A stretch of 64,000 bases of DNA. Source: an uncultured Candidatus Saccharibacteria bacterium. GTDB lineage: Bacteria > Patescibacteriota > Minisyncoccia > Phycocordibacterales > UBA1006. The position numbers and the translations under genes were made by a program. Under the pieces are notes generated by a model. It made no database searches, had not been told where the DNA came from, and worked only from the letters and a program-made list of their open reading frames with translations. Below, piece by piece: positions 19,165 to 31,400 of the stretch (positions are counted from its first letter, which is position 1; each line of letters opens with the position of its first letter). The stretch spans positions 119,822 through 183,821 of the forward strand of contig CAYGJA010000002.1 of assembly GCA_964350165.1 (NCBI GenBank), written 5' to 3'.

Positions 19165-20358
19165 CTAAATTTTGATTTCCAAAAAGCGCTTTTTCCCAAC
19201 CTTGAGAATAATATTGCTGGCAATCTGATCTTCTGACAAAGAAAAGAATTCTCCACCTCTGTATTCTTTGATGGCGCCTGCATTGAGTAGGCGACGAAAG
19301 TCGGTTTTTGAAGAAACGATATCTGTTTGAATAAGTACGTCTGAGAGCATTTGCTCGCTTGTGGCACTAGTCAGTGGAATTTCTTCGGGAATGCCACCGT
19401 CACTAAAAGCTGCCCGCCAGTTTTGCTGCGCTTCTGTAGCTGCCTCTTTATTGTGATACATGGTTACGATTTCTCTGGCTAGTTCGTGCTTGATTTCCAT
19501 AGGGTTCCGGCCAGCTTGGATTTCTTTTTGATAGTTCTCGATATCTGCCATCGATATTCGAGTAAAGAAGGTGAAATAATCAATCAGCAAATCATCACTC
19601 ATGCTCATTACTTTTCCATACATGTCGAGCGAAGTATCGGTAAAGTTGATGGTATTACCCCAGCTAGAAGACATCTTGCGACCATCGAGGCCGTTAATCA
19701 GGGGCCCCATAATAATATTTTGTGGTTGTTGGTCGTAATGTGGTTGCATGTGTCGTCCAGCCAGGAGGTTGAAGCGCTGGTCAGTGCCGCCCAATTCGAC
19801 GTCGGCTTTTACGGCAATACTGTCATAGCCTTGCATGAGCGGGTACAGAACTTCTCGAAGTGATACGCGGGTGCCGGCGTCTAAACGACGCTTGATATTG
19901 TCTCGGGCAATAAAATCAGCCACCGAAAAAAGAGAGGCCTGTTCGCCAATATCCCGGTAATTAAGTGGCTTTAACCATTCTGAATTGTAACGAAGTTCAG
20001 CTTGATCCAGGTCAATAATTTTTCCAATTTGTTCAAAATAATTCGCTTTATTTTTTTCTATGTCTTTTTCGGAAAGCATCGGACGCTCGGCGTCTTTATC
20101 ACTAGTGTCGCCAATAACGCCGGTAAAATCGCCCACAATCAACACGGCCTTGTGTCCCAAATCCATAAAATCACGCAATTTAAGGAGGGGGACTGACCTT
20201 CCAAGGTGGAGGTTAGGGCTGGTGGGGTCAATCCCAAGTTTGATGCGGAGTTGCTGTCCGGACAGCATTTTTTCTCGTAATTCTTCGTACTGAATGACTT
20301 CGGTTACGCCTCGGCTCAGGACACTATCAATAGCTTGGGGGTCTGTATTTACCTTCAT
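19165..20358 (-). CDS. tyrS: Tyrosine--tRNA ligase
   Basis: It has class I motifs GIDPTSPNLHLG (HIGH-like) and KMSSS, and an S4-like C-terminus. Confidence 0.7.
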   Translation of the reverse strand: MKVNTDPQAIDSVLSRGVTEVIQYEELREKMLSGQQLRIKLGIDPTSPNLHLGRSVPLLKLRDFMDLGHKAVLIVGDFTGVIGDTSDKDAERPMLSEKDIEKNKANYFEQIGKIIDLDQAELRYNSEWLKPLNYRDIGEQASLFSVADFIARDNIKRRLDAGTRVSLREVLYPLMQGYDSIAVKADVELGGTDQRFNLLAGRHMQPHYDQQPQNIIMGPLINGLDGRKMSSSWGNTINFTDTSLDMYGKVMSMSDDLLIDYFTFFTRISMADIENYQKEIQAGRNPMEIKHELAREIVTMYHNKEAATEAQQNWRAAFSDGGIPEEIPLTSATSEQMLSDVLIQTDIVSSKTDFRRLLNAGAIKEYRGGEFFSLSEDQIASNIILKVGKKRFLEIKI

Positions 20359-20401
20359 GTTTAGTACTATACACGGATTATATACCCCTTGCTAGCAAAG
20401 A

Positions 20402-21913
20402 TTGGGCTATACTTGGACAATGAAAAATATTCTTAATTCTAGCATCGAGCTCTTTATTGGACGTCGCCGTGAAGAAATTTTTGCTCAACACCAAGAGGCT
20501 GCTGACGTGCAAGAAGAACAGTTGCAACATCTGATACACAAGGGCGCCAAAACCGCCTGGGGCGCAGAGCATGGCTATGGTCACACGATGGAATATTCGG
20601 CTTTTTGCCAGGCAACACCACTGTCTTCGTATGAAGAGTTGCACCCTTGGATTGAGCGAGCCTACGCAGGTGAAAAAGACGTTTTGTGGCCGGGATTGAT
20701 TACAAAATTCGCCAAATCATCAGGCACTACTAATGCTCGTAGCAAATACATTCCCATGACCGAAGAATCGCTCGAGCGTACACATTATCGGGGAGGCAAG
20801 GATATGTGGATTTTGTACTTAGGAAATTATCCTGATTCCGGGGCATTGCTTGGAAAAGCCGTTGGTATCGGGGGGAGCCTGGATGAAGCTCCTCGCCCTG
20901 AAATGCAGGTGGGGGATTTGTCGGCAGTAATGATGGCCAATATGCCTATTTGGGCAGAAATGAGACGAACTCCCGGGCGAGAGATTGCGTTGATGCCTAA
21001 CTGGGATGAAAAGTTGGTAGTGATGGCTGAAGCGTTGCGTGGCGTGAATGTGCGCTCACTGGCTGGTGTTCCTACCTGGACCCTTTTGTTAATTAAAAAA
21101 ATGATTGAACAAGATAATTTGGTGAGTATCTACGATGTTTGGCCAAAACTAGAAGTATTTTTCCATGGGGCAGTGGCCTTTGATCCATATCGAGCTGTTT
21201 TTCGGGAGATATTGGGTTCCGACATGCGTTATTTGGAACTCTACAACGCTTCAGAAGGATTCTTTGGTATTCAGGATGACCCTAACCGTCCTAATGAAAT
21301 GCTCCTGATGCTTGATTATGGGATCTTTTATGAATTTTTGTCCCTGGATGGGGGCGAAATTGTCACCATTGCTGATGTGCAGCTGGGGGTTCCTTATGAA
21401 CTGATTATTACTACCAACGGCGGCCTGTGGCGTTATCGGATTGGGGACGTGGTGGAATTCACTAGCTTGGCGCCGTATCGGGTCAAGATTGGTGGTCGAA
21501 CCAAGCATTTTATCAATGCCTTTGGCGAAGAACTCATGGTTGGCAATGCCGAAGTGGCCGTGGCCGAGGCAGCGCAAGCCACCGGCGCCTTGATTACCGA
21601 ATATACGGCTGGTCCACAGTATATGTCTGGGGACGCCACTTCGGGGCGACACGAATGGGTGTTCGAGTTTGAACGGCAGCCGGATGATATGGAAAAATTT
21701 GTAAGCATTTTGGATAGCAGGCTCCAGGAGATAAATAGTGACTATGCAGCCAAAAGAAAAGGAGACCTGGCCTTGTTGGCGCCTATCGTGCAAACAGTCC
21801 CGCGCGGTACGTTCCGCAAGTTCTTGGAGTCTCGGGGCGAGATTACGGGACGGAATAAGGTACCGCGCTTGGCGAATCATCGAGATTTCTTGGAGCAGTT
21901 GTTGACGGGTTAG
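20402..21913 (+). CDS. GH3 auxin-responsive-promoter family protein (acyl-adenylate-forming enzyme)
   Basis: It has SSGTTNARSKYIPMTEE (GH3 SSGT..G..K.IP motif). The size is about 500 aa. Confidence 0.5.
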   Translation: MGYTWTMKNILNSSIELFIGRRREEIFAQHQEAADVQEEQLQHLIHKGAKTAWGAEHGYGHTMEYSAFCQATPLSSYEELHPWIERAYAGEKDVLWPGLITKFAKSSGTTNARSKYIPMTEESLERTHYRGGKDMWILYLGNYPDSGALLGKAVGIGGSLDEAPRPEMQVGDLSAVMMANMPIWAEMRRTPGREIALMPNWDEKLVVMAEALRGVNVRSLAGVPTWTLLLIKKMIEQDNLVSIYDVWPKLEVFFHGAVAFDPYRAVFREILGSDMRYLELYNASEGFFGIQDDPNRPNEMLLMLDYGIFYEFLSLDGGEIVTIADVQLGVPYELIITTNGGLWRYRIGDVVEFTSLAPYRVKIGGRTKHFINAFGEELMVGNAEVAVAEAAQATGALITEYTAGPQYMSGDATSGRHEWVFEFERQPDDMEKFVSILDSRLQEINSDYAAKRKGDLALLAPIVQTVPRGTFRKFLESRGEITGRNKVPRLANHRDFLEQLLTG

Positions 21914-21981
21914 AAATACTCTGTTGCGGTTTATTGTGAACGACGCTTGGTTTCTGTTAACAAACAAGCTATTCTGGCATC

Positions 21982-23445
21982 ATGAAAGAAAACGCAAAAC
22001 CGCTCTATATCACCACGACCTTGCCGTATGTCAACGCCAAGCCACACATTGGCCACGCTTTGGAATTCATCCAGGCCGACGTGGTTGCTAGGCGAGCCCG
22101 AGCCGCTGGCAGGGAGGTGTTTTTCAATACTGGCGCCGACGAACACGGCCAAAAAATCTGGGAAAAAGCCATGGCTGAAGGGAGAGATGTGCAGGGTTAC
22201 GTTGATTTTTATGCCGAACGACTCAAGGACCTCGAGGGCGCTTTGGGGCTTAGTAATGACACTTTTGTTCGCACTACTTCTCCGGGACACATTGCCGCTG
22301 CGCAACATATTTGGCAATTATCAGCTGTCAGGGGTGATATTTATAAGAAAAAATACAAAGGCCTGTATTGCGTGAGCGATGAGATGTTTCTCAAAGAAAA
22401 AGACCTGGTGAATGGTCGCTGCGTCAATCATCCCGAGATCGAACCAATCGAAGTCGAAGAAGAGAATTATTTCTTTAAGTTTTCAAAGTATCAAGACCAG
22501 TTGTTGGCATATCTAGAACAACCAGGAGTTATTCTTCCGGAGTTTCGTCGCCAAGAGGCGATTAATTTTGTAAAAGAGGGGCTGGAGGATTTTAGTATTT
22601 CGCGGGTCAAAGAAAGGATGGAGTGGGGAATTCCGGTCCCCGGAGATACTGACCACGTTATGTACGTGTGGTTTGACGCTTTGACGAATTATATTTCCAC
22701 ATTAGGTTGGCCGGATGATTCGGAGGGTAATTTTGCCAAATTCTGGCAAGGGGGAGAGCGGCTACAAATGGCGGGCAAGGATCAGATCCGATTCCAGTCA
22801 CTGATGTGGCAGGCTATGCTCATGTCGGCTCAGGTCGAAACCACCGACCAGGTCTTTTATCATGGCTTTATCAACAGTGGCGGCAAAAAAATGAGTAAGT
22901 CGATTGGAAATGTTATTGACCCTATCGAAATCGTCGAAAAATATGGCACCGATGCTCTGCGATACTACCTATTGCGACATATTCATCCTACCGATGACAG
23001 CGATTTGACCTTGGAAAAATTCCATGAAAGCTACACGGCCCACCTGGTAAATGGTATCGGGAATTTGACTAGCCGTATCCTCAATATGGCAGACAAATAC
23101 GGCTTGACTTGGGATTCAGGAGAACAATTTATCGCAAATTGGAATGAAACCGAATCGCAGCCAGCAATGCAGTCTTTTATGAGTGAATATCATTTTAATT
23201 TGGCTATGGACGAAATCTGGAATCTCGTAGGGCAACTAGATAAACAAATAGATGAAGAAAAGCCTTTTATTGTAGCCAAAACAGATAACGAACAAGCCAA
23301 GAATCTGGTGAAGGGATATGTAGACAAACTGGTGCTTATCACCAAAGAACTGTCTCCTTTTTTGCCGGAGACTGTTGTGAAGATGAAAAAAGCCATCCAA
23401 AAACTACAAAAACCAGAAGAGCCACTTTTTGCTCGGATAGACTAA
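21982..23445 (+). CDS. metG: Methionine--tRNA ligase (short form without the C-terminal tRNA-binding domain)
   Basis: It has [16 protein letters not shown] (HIGH), [10 protein letters not shown] and [12 protein letters not shown]. Confidence 0.85.
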   Translation: MKENAKPLYITTTLPYVNAKPHIGHALEFIQADVVARRARAAGREVFFNTGADEHGQKIWEKAMAEGRDVQGYVDFYAERLKDLEGALGLSNDTFVRTTSPGHIAAAQHIWQLSAVRGDIYKKKYKGLYCVSDEMFLKEKDLVNGRCVNHPEIEPIEVEEENYFFKFSKYQDQLLAYLEQPGVILPEFRRQEAINFVKEGLEDFSISRVKERMEWGIPVPGDTDHVMYVWFDALTNYISTLGWPDDSEGNFAKFWQGGERLQMAGKDQIRFQSLMWQAMLMSAQVETTDQVFYHGFINSGGKKMSKSIGNVIDPIEIVEKYGTDALRYYLLRHIHPTDDSDLTLEKFHESYTAHLVNGIGNLTSRILNMADKYGLTWDSGEQFIANWNETESQPAMQSFMSEYHFNLAMDEIWNLVGQLDKQIDEEKPFIVAKTDNEQAKNLVKGYVDKLVLITKELSPFLPETVVKMKKAIQKLQKPEEPLFARID

Positions 23446-23567
23446 GAGGGTCTCTGTTTTTTGTCTTTTTTCATCCACTAGACCAGGCGCAGTTTTTTGG
23501 AAAAACGTTATAATGCAAGGGCACGCTTGACCGCAATCTTTTGTGATTGGAATTACTGGCGTGCACT

Positions 23568-25436
23568 ATGTATATGTTGTTGTGGTCAAGAAAAACGATA
23601 CGCATCGGAGCAGCTTTTATTCTGCTTGGTATGTTGGTGCGAAGTTTTATTTTTCCCGCTTCCACTAGTGCGGCCACGGCGGTATTTTTTCCCGAGACTT
23701 GTCTGGGGGGATGGCAGTATGTGGATCATGCAGCGGGCAAGCCAGATTTTAGTGAGCCTTTGTCCGACCAATATTCAGAAGCAACTGCAGCCGTGTTTTC
23801 TTCTGGAGGGTCAGCCCAAATTTTTTGTAGTAATTTTAAGGGAGAAATTCCTGAACATACTTTTCCCGAGGAGGCAGCTGTTCGTTTCAATTGGGATTTT
23901 CGTTATGACGAAGAGCCTTTGATTATCCTCGATCCTTTTGAGGCTGATCAGATGATTGTGGTGAAACCCACTGTTCAGGAAGAAGTTGAAACCGTGGTAA
24001 GCGAAGAATCAGAGGAAGAAATTTCTCCTGAGGCTAAAGGGGTTGCGACGGATGAAGAACCAAAAGAAGAAATAATTGAAGAATCTGCCACGCCAGAACC
24101 TGCCTTAAAGCCGAAGGCAGATGCAACCGAGGTTGAGGTTCTCCCTGAGTCAGGCCCGGTCATCGAGGATGGCTCTGATTCAGAAGAAGTAGTTTGGCAC
24201 CGGGTTGGCAACAAGATTGCCTCGTTTGTGCGGGATTTGATTACCGTACCAGTTGCTCGAGCCCAAGAAGAAACAGATCCAGTGCAAAATCCTGCCACTG
24301 ATGAGGCAGTAGTGATGGACCAAGAAGTCACCATCAGCAATGAACCAGCTTCAGACCCGGTAGTATCCCAAGAATCAGTTGTCGCCAATGATGAACCTAC
24401 CGCAGCCGAATCACCATCACCGGCTGAGACGGTGGATGTCGTCGAGGGGCCAGTCGAGATCGCGCCAGCATCAGAAGAACTAGCTCCAGAAGAAGCTCCT
24501 GCTGGTTCATCATCTAAAGAAGAAAAAGAAGAGGTAATTGTTGTTGACCAAGAATCAGAATTATCTATAGGGGAAGAAACTGACCAGATCGAACCGCTCG
24601 CAACCACCACTGAATCCCAAATTACCGCAGAAGAAAAAGAAAAAGAAAAAGAAAAAGAAAAAGAAGAAGAAGTCGCACCGGCCGAGGTAAAAGGAACTTT
24701 TGATGAGGAATCCCCAGAAGCAGTAATTGAAAGCATTAATTCTCTAGAAGACCTGGGCCAGATGATTATTGCTGCCGAAGAGCGTGCAGCCAGTCAGCCG
24801 GATTACTTCCTGGAGCTTACGTACAGTATCGCTGGTGCCGAGCCAATTGTATTTGGCCAAGCTAGTCTGGCAGATGCAGAGGGAAAATTAGTTCTCTTGC
24901 CCGAAGAGGTTGTAAACAATTGGGGCGAAATCAAGAATCTTCAGATTGGAATTCGGCCCATGTCCGTCTTTCTAGATATTCCAGCGGTATATCTAGAAAG
25001 TATGTCGCTCGAGGTTAGTTACACCGAACCAGTCGAACCAGCCGAAAACCAAAATGCACTTGGGCTGTCGGTCCGGAGCGTAGACAGGGACGTGACAACC
25101 GACCCGAGCGCAACCCACCGGTGCACACTAGATCCTTTTGCCACTAATGTTTCGGAGGTGGATTTTGCAACGGTTGTGCTTCGGCTGGAAAGAGAGGTCG
25201 GATTTGAGTATTCAGTTGAGGTGGGATCATTGCCAGACGGTATTGACGTTGCTTTTGTCAAGAATTCCGAATATTTTTATGCGCCAAAGAAAAAAGAAAC
25301 AGAGATTGAATTGAATATTCACAAGGATCGAGGCGCCAGTCAGGGAAGTTTTAGTATCCCAATTATTTTCACCAAACTAATTGACGAAGGAAAAGAGTCT
25401 GTCGCAATTTGTCAGATGAATGTAATGAACGAATAG
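23568..25436 (+). CDS. Secreted/anchored highly acidic (E-rich) low-complexity protein
   Basis: It has an N-terminal hydrophobic segment, then long E/P/A/S-rich stretches including an (EK)n run. The structured C-terminal region is about 200 aa. Confidence 0.45.
   Translation: MYMLLWSRKTIRIGAAFILLGMLVRSFIFPASTSAATAVFFPETCLGGWQYVDHAAGKPDFSEPLSDQYSEATAAVFSSGGSAQIFCSNFKGEIPEHTFPEEAAVRFNWDFRYDEEPLIILDPFEADQMIVVKPTVQEEVETVVSEESEEEISPEAKGVATDEEPKEEIIEESATPEPALKPKADATEVEVLPESGPVIEDGSDSEEVVWHRVGNKIASFVRDLITVPVARAQEETDPVQNPATDEAVVMDQEVTISNEPASDPVVSQESVVANDEPTAAESPSPAETVDVVEGPVEIAPASEELAPEEAPAGSSSKEEKEEVIVVDQESELSIGEETDQIEPLATTTESQITAEEKEKEKEKEKEEEVAPAEVKGTFDEESPEAVIESINSLEDLGQMIIAAEERAASQPDYFLELTYSIAGAEPIVFGQASLADAEGKLVLLPEEVVNNWGEIKNLQIGIRPMSVFLDIPAVYLESMSLEVSYTEPVEPAENQNALGLSVRSVDRDVTTDPSATHRCTLDPFATNVSEVDFATVVLRLEREVGFEYSVEVGSLPDGIDVAFVKNSEYFYAPKKKETEIELNIHKDRGASQGSFSIPIIFTKLIDEGKESVAICQMNVMNE
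24631..24670 (+). repeat. Simple sequence repeat (GAAAAA)n encoding an (EK)n tract
   Basis: The repeat gaaaaagaaaaagaaaaagaaaaagaaaaaga was read directly, inside the CDS. Confidence 0.8.
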
Positions 25437-25438
25437 CT

Positions 25439-28400
25439 ATGGCAAGAAATACTCTGTCATTCAGGAAAAGTTTGGTGAACTTTTTTTTGCTTGTGACAAT
25501 GTTTGCTCCTTTGGTTTTTTCGGGCTGGCCGCAATCGGGGCTGTTTAATCCCAGTGTTCAGGAAGTACGAGCTGCTGTGGGAGACATCGGTCATTGGGAA
25601 GACTCGATTGGGGGGCAAATTCCAGGGCTGACTTTTGCCGGCTTTGACTTCGACAATGAAATAAGAAATGACGGTATCTATACCAAGCCCAATGATTCGA
25701 CCATTGAGCTCGATGAGGCTGGCGATTATCTGATTATTGCCACAATTCGGGGGACTGATAATTCGAATGGCCGCTATAATCCGCAGGGCCGAGTAGCGCT
25801 GACGTCGGGTTCTGGTACGTTGTATACGTCATACAATACTGGTTATTCTCGTGACAACAGTGAAAACGAGTCCTGGGTCCGAGCCGTAGGGGTGGTAATT
25901 GGCGCTTCAGCCAATGCGCAGATACAGATTCAACGACGCCGCGATACTGACGCACCGACTTCGGGTAGCGTACCAGGTCAATCAGACGTCCAGGTGGTGC
26001 GAATTAATCCCACTAATTACGGTGTCTATGCTATTGGCGGAACGACTGATACATATGCGGGAAGTGCACCATACGGAGCCAACACACCTGATACCGTTGA
26101 TATTACGGCCGTGACGGCCGAGTCTAGCACTTCGGCCATCGAAGGCAACACCACCACCGAGACCGTGACGGTAAAAGGTGATAATAAGCGCTATCTGGTT
26201 GCTTGGTCGGTGTCGGGGGATACGGGGGGAGTTCGTACCCAGCGTATCGGGCATTTGGAATATGATGGCGTCGATGATTTGGCAACCCGGTCATATTGCT
26301 ACCAGAGGCAGGCTTCGGATGAGTACTGTGGCTTGGGGGCAATTGATATTATTGAGACTTCTACCGCAGACAGGGCTATTCAGGTTGAAGTATATATCGG
26401 AGATGGAGCTGCATCTGACCAGGGTGGGGCAGAAAATACGGGGTCTTGGGTTGCCGACGGTAATGGACAGCTGGTGATTCTGGAGCTTCCGGATTCATTA
26501 GAAGTGTTTCGCGCTCATGATTCGATTGGTTTGCAGGATATTACTAGCGCAGTGACATTGAATGCTGCTCGGGATGTTGATTTTAACGATGCCAATAGCT
26601 TTACCAAGGCTAGCAATACAGCGATTGACGTCACCTACCCAGCCGATATTTTTGCTTTTGGGAATGTCTGGACGGCTCGAAACAATGTTGGCTCTGGATT
26701 ACGCCTAACTGCTTATGGTCGAATTACTATTAATGGTGTGGAACAATCAGTGGGTGAACACGGGAATTATACTCGTGGAGACCAATCCACTTCCGGAACC
26801 TTTGGAGGAGTATTTTCTCCCGCTGGAATATTCACTATCGGAACAGCTGGTCATGATATTGGGATCAATATGGATCCTTTGGCTGGCACAGAAGGTGGAG
26901 GGGCCGACCGTACTCAGGCCGGCACGGTGGGATTTTTTGCTCTCAATCTAGACACTTTGTTGCCTCCGGCTTTTGAGCAATCTGCTTATCGATTTTTTGC
27001 CAATACTAACTCTGCCGATGTTGGGTCAGCTCTGGCTGTTCAGGATTCGGCTGCTACGCTGGCAACTACTGGTGATGCTTTTCGGTTGCGAACTTTGATC
27101 CATGTATCAGATGCTCCACTGCGACCGAGTTTGCAGGATTTCAAGCTCCAATTTGCGGAAAAAAGTGGAACCTGTGATACCAGCTTTACCGGAGAAAGCT
27201 ATGCTGACGTCACTGGCGCGACGGTAATTGCTTTTAATAATAACGCCACTCCAGCTGATGGTGACAACTTGACTGCCAATGCCAGTGACCCAACTCATGG
27301 CGGGCATACGATTGTTAACCAAGACTACGAAGAAGCGAATAACTTTACCAATAGTGTGGCTGCCATCCCGGCTGGTCAAGACGGTAAATGGGATTTTTCG
27401 TTGATTGATAATGGGGCTACAGCCAATACTTCATATTGTTTTCGCATTGTGGAAGCAGATAACACTCAACTAAGTACTTACACCGTAATACCAGAAGTAA
27501 TTACGGCTTCAGCTGGGGGCTCTCCTGATATTGCTCAGATTCACTATCGCTGGCGTGGTGATACTGAGGGCGAAACAGGAACTACTTGGGCTTTTGCCGA
27601 AGATGCAACCTCAACCAGTCTAGTCAAGCAAACGCCCACAAGACTTCGTTTTGCAATCAGTAACGAAGGGACAGCTGATACGGGTAATATTGAATACCAG
27701 CTAGAGGTGTCGGGTGCGAATCCGAGTTCGTGCTCGGTGGCTAGTTATCAGGCCGTCACTGCTGGGGGAGAGACTCATTGGGACATGGCGACTAGCACTA
27801 ATTTTACGAATTCTGATCCTACCACAAATAATTCAGGGATTACTGACGAAAACACTACGTTCGTAGCGGGTGATATTATGGATACTTCAGATACAACGGG
27901 AGTTATTGATCTGACCTCGACTCAGCACACTCAGGTAGAGTTTTCGATAGAGGCAAACACCAGTGCCACAAACGGTGGAACGTATTGTTTTCGTTTGACT
28001 AACGCCGGATCAACTACTAATTTTTCTTATGATCAATATGCTGCGGCGACTCTGGAAACATTGCCTGACGTAACAGTGTCTACTGAGGGTACGCAGGTGG
28101 CAACGGTCGATGCCGGTTCCTCTGGTAATAATATGGGTGCCAAGTTTGTAATTACTGATACTGCTGGGAATTCTCCAAATGTTACAACGCTGGTCTTTGC
28201 TGAAAACGGAACCATTGATAGTGTTAATGATATTTCTTCCATTTTTGTGCGAGCCGAAAGTGATACCAGTGATCCATACGATTGTGCTAGTGAATCTTAT
28301 GATGGGACCGAATATTCCTATGGGCCGGCCGATATTGATGGTTTTAACAGTGCTGGAGGAACGGCTTCTTTTACTGATTCTTTTTCTATTAGTCCAACTT

Positions 28401-31400
28401 CGGCTATGTGTGTGTATGTTCGTCTGGGGATTGGAGTGGGTGCTTCGCCAGGCGAAACCATTGAACTTCAAATTACCGATCCATCGACCGATGTTGTTGT
28501 TTCTTCTGGAACCGTAGGCCCCAGTACTCCTGTTTTGTTGCCGGGAACCACGGTGGTTTCAGGGCTTCCTGATCTAGATCAAATTCGTTATCGATGGTTG
28601 TACGACAATGAAGACGAAAATGAAGCAGACGTTATTGCGGCCGAAAATGCAACCAATACGGCGGTTATCAAAAACGATATTCAAAGGTTGCGTTTTATGG
28701 TGTCCAATGAGGGTTCGGGCACCTCTGGTAGCACCACTTATCGGCTCGAAGTATCCGAAGCCAACCCCTCGTCTTGTTCGGCTGGTACCTACGAACGAGT
28801 GTCTACTGATGCTGATTGGGATTTGGGAAATTCTTTAGAATTTAGTGATGGCGCGGCCACGGCGGACTCCGGCAGTTATCTTACCAATGAAAACACCACC
28901 TTTGTGGCGGGTGAACAAAAAGATACCAGTGATACTACTAGCGGTATCACGCTTACATCCACCGAATTCACTGAAATAGAATATGCCATCAAGCCAACTA
29001 CAGCTGCTACTGATGGTGGAAATTATTGTTTTCGCCTCACTAATGCTGGTACGGCTCTAGATACCTATACCCAGTATGCTATTGCTGCGGTCAAATCTAC
29101 AGCTACTAATATATATCGTTCGGTGGGTACAAATCAATCAAATTTAAACGTTGCTGGTGCAACAATTACAATTGCCACGAGTACGGTTACTTTTTCAACT
29201 GACCCAACTAGTGGCTCCGGAAATATTGGGGTGGGAGATGTTATTCAGTATCAAGATGGAGGTGCGGGTCAGTATTATTTGGCTTTTATTACAGGCAGAA
29301 CTTCTGCAACCGAATATACTGTGACAAATTATTCCGGTGGACTTCCGCATAAGGTTGCTGCCGGTGAGACGGCTCTGGTATATCGTGTCTACGACCACGC
29401 TGCGGGATGGGAGGCAAACACTCTCAGCCAAGAAAATGCAAACATTGATGCAACTGTTGATGATTACGTTATTTTGCCTTCAACTAATCTGACTGATTAC
29501 AACTATGTAATGAAGGTTCCACTCTATAAAGATGGGGTAGATAATGAATACCTCAGTCTTGCTGGTTGGACGACTAGTGCCAGCAATTATATTCACCTCT
29601 TTACTCCGATTGCCTCTAGTGAGGTCGGCACAAGTCAGCGGCACACGGGAATAGCGGGGACGGGGTATGTATATGCGAGAACAGGGGCGCCGGGCGCTGG
29701 CACCAGCAGTCACATTAACGTAACTGTGCCTTTTGTTCGTATCGAAGGAATAGAATTGGACGGTTCTTTTTTCCGAGGAGGAGAAAATGTGAACGGTATC
29801 TTGTTTAATGCAGCTGGGTCTTCTGATTTGAGACTCACCAATTCTATTCTTCACGATATATCGGGAGACGATTGCTGTGACGAGGACGCCAGCCTCGTGA
29901 ACGCAGTTGCGGTGCAAAGCTCGGCTGATACCGTAAGAATTGCCAATAATATTATTTACGACATCTCGAGCTCTTCTGCTCATGCCAGTAGTGATGTTGC
30001 AGGAATCAAATTGAGTAATAGTGCCGGGAATGTTTACGTCTACAGCAACACTATTTTTGACATCACTCAGACGAGTGTTTCTGGTGGTGATGCGCGTGGA
30101 ATATATGAGACATCTATTTCTTCTTATCTTCTCAAGAATAATTATGTGGGTGGAACAGTTGCCTCTAATGGTTCTTCTGTGGAATCAGACTATGTTGGTG
30201 ATTTTGCTTCAGGTTCAACCAATAATGTCTCTTCGGATGCGACAGCGGGAGACGACGTTGATCAGGTAAACGAAATAACGGGACAGAATAGTTATGCAAA
30301 TTACTTTAGAGATGTGGACCCAGGGGAGGAGGACTTGCGATTAAAATCTAATTCGAATACTTTATGGGGATCGTACGGCGCAGACTTGGATGTTGACGGG
30401 AATATTGCCATTACCACCGACATCGAAGGAGAGGCTCGCGATGGTACTAATCCGGATATTGGCGCAGACGAGGCCGTGAACGTGGCTGATTTGCAACAAT
30501 TGCACTATCGTTGGGGCACGGATGATGGTCGGGAAAGCTGGTATAGCTCGAGCTGGCAACATCGAGTTAGTGTCAATATTCCTGGTACAAATCTCGTTGC
30601 TCCAATGGCCGATTTCCCCATCTACGTCGATCTCTCCGATCTCCCCACCGCTTTCTTCGAAACCGTCCAAACAGACGGAGACGATATTCGAATCACCGAC
30701 GGAGACGGAGTAACCGAACTTCCTTTTGAACTTGTCTCTATAAATACCGGCACCCAAACAGGAGAACTTCACTTCAAAGCAGATTTGTTCACTGGAACAG
30801 TTAACAATTTCTACATCTACTACGGCAACGCATCTGCTACTGGCTACGCCACCACCGACACGTATGGTGCGGAGAATGTGTGGACCAATGGATATTCGGG
30901 AGTATGGCACTTAGGTGAAACAGTAACAGACGAACAAACTTCCGGAGTTCACTACGACTCCACTTCCAATAGTCTGGACGGCTCCCAAAACAACAACGCC
31001 ACCCTAGCTGCCGGAAAACTAGGACAAGCCCAAAATTTCGATGGTACCAGTGACGCTATCACCATCGCAGACAACGATGCCCTCACTCCTGTTGGTGACG
31101 CCACTTATTCATACTGGGCATACCTAGAAACCCTCAATACCAGCAACGACGGTGTTTTCTTATACAAAATGCACTCGGTTGCTCCTTGGTACAGCTACAT
31201 TATTGAATTCGATGGTAATGGTACAGATCACCAAATAGCCAACTATCTAGACACTAACGAATCCAATAATCAAGCCGGCTCCACGGCTACCACCTCGGCT
31301 GGTGCCTGGTTCTCTGTGAATGCCGTCCGCGAGAGTGACACCTGGAAGTATTACCTCAACTCAGCCGCCACTGGTTGGACCAGTGCTCTGACCACCGACA

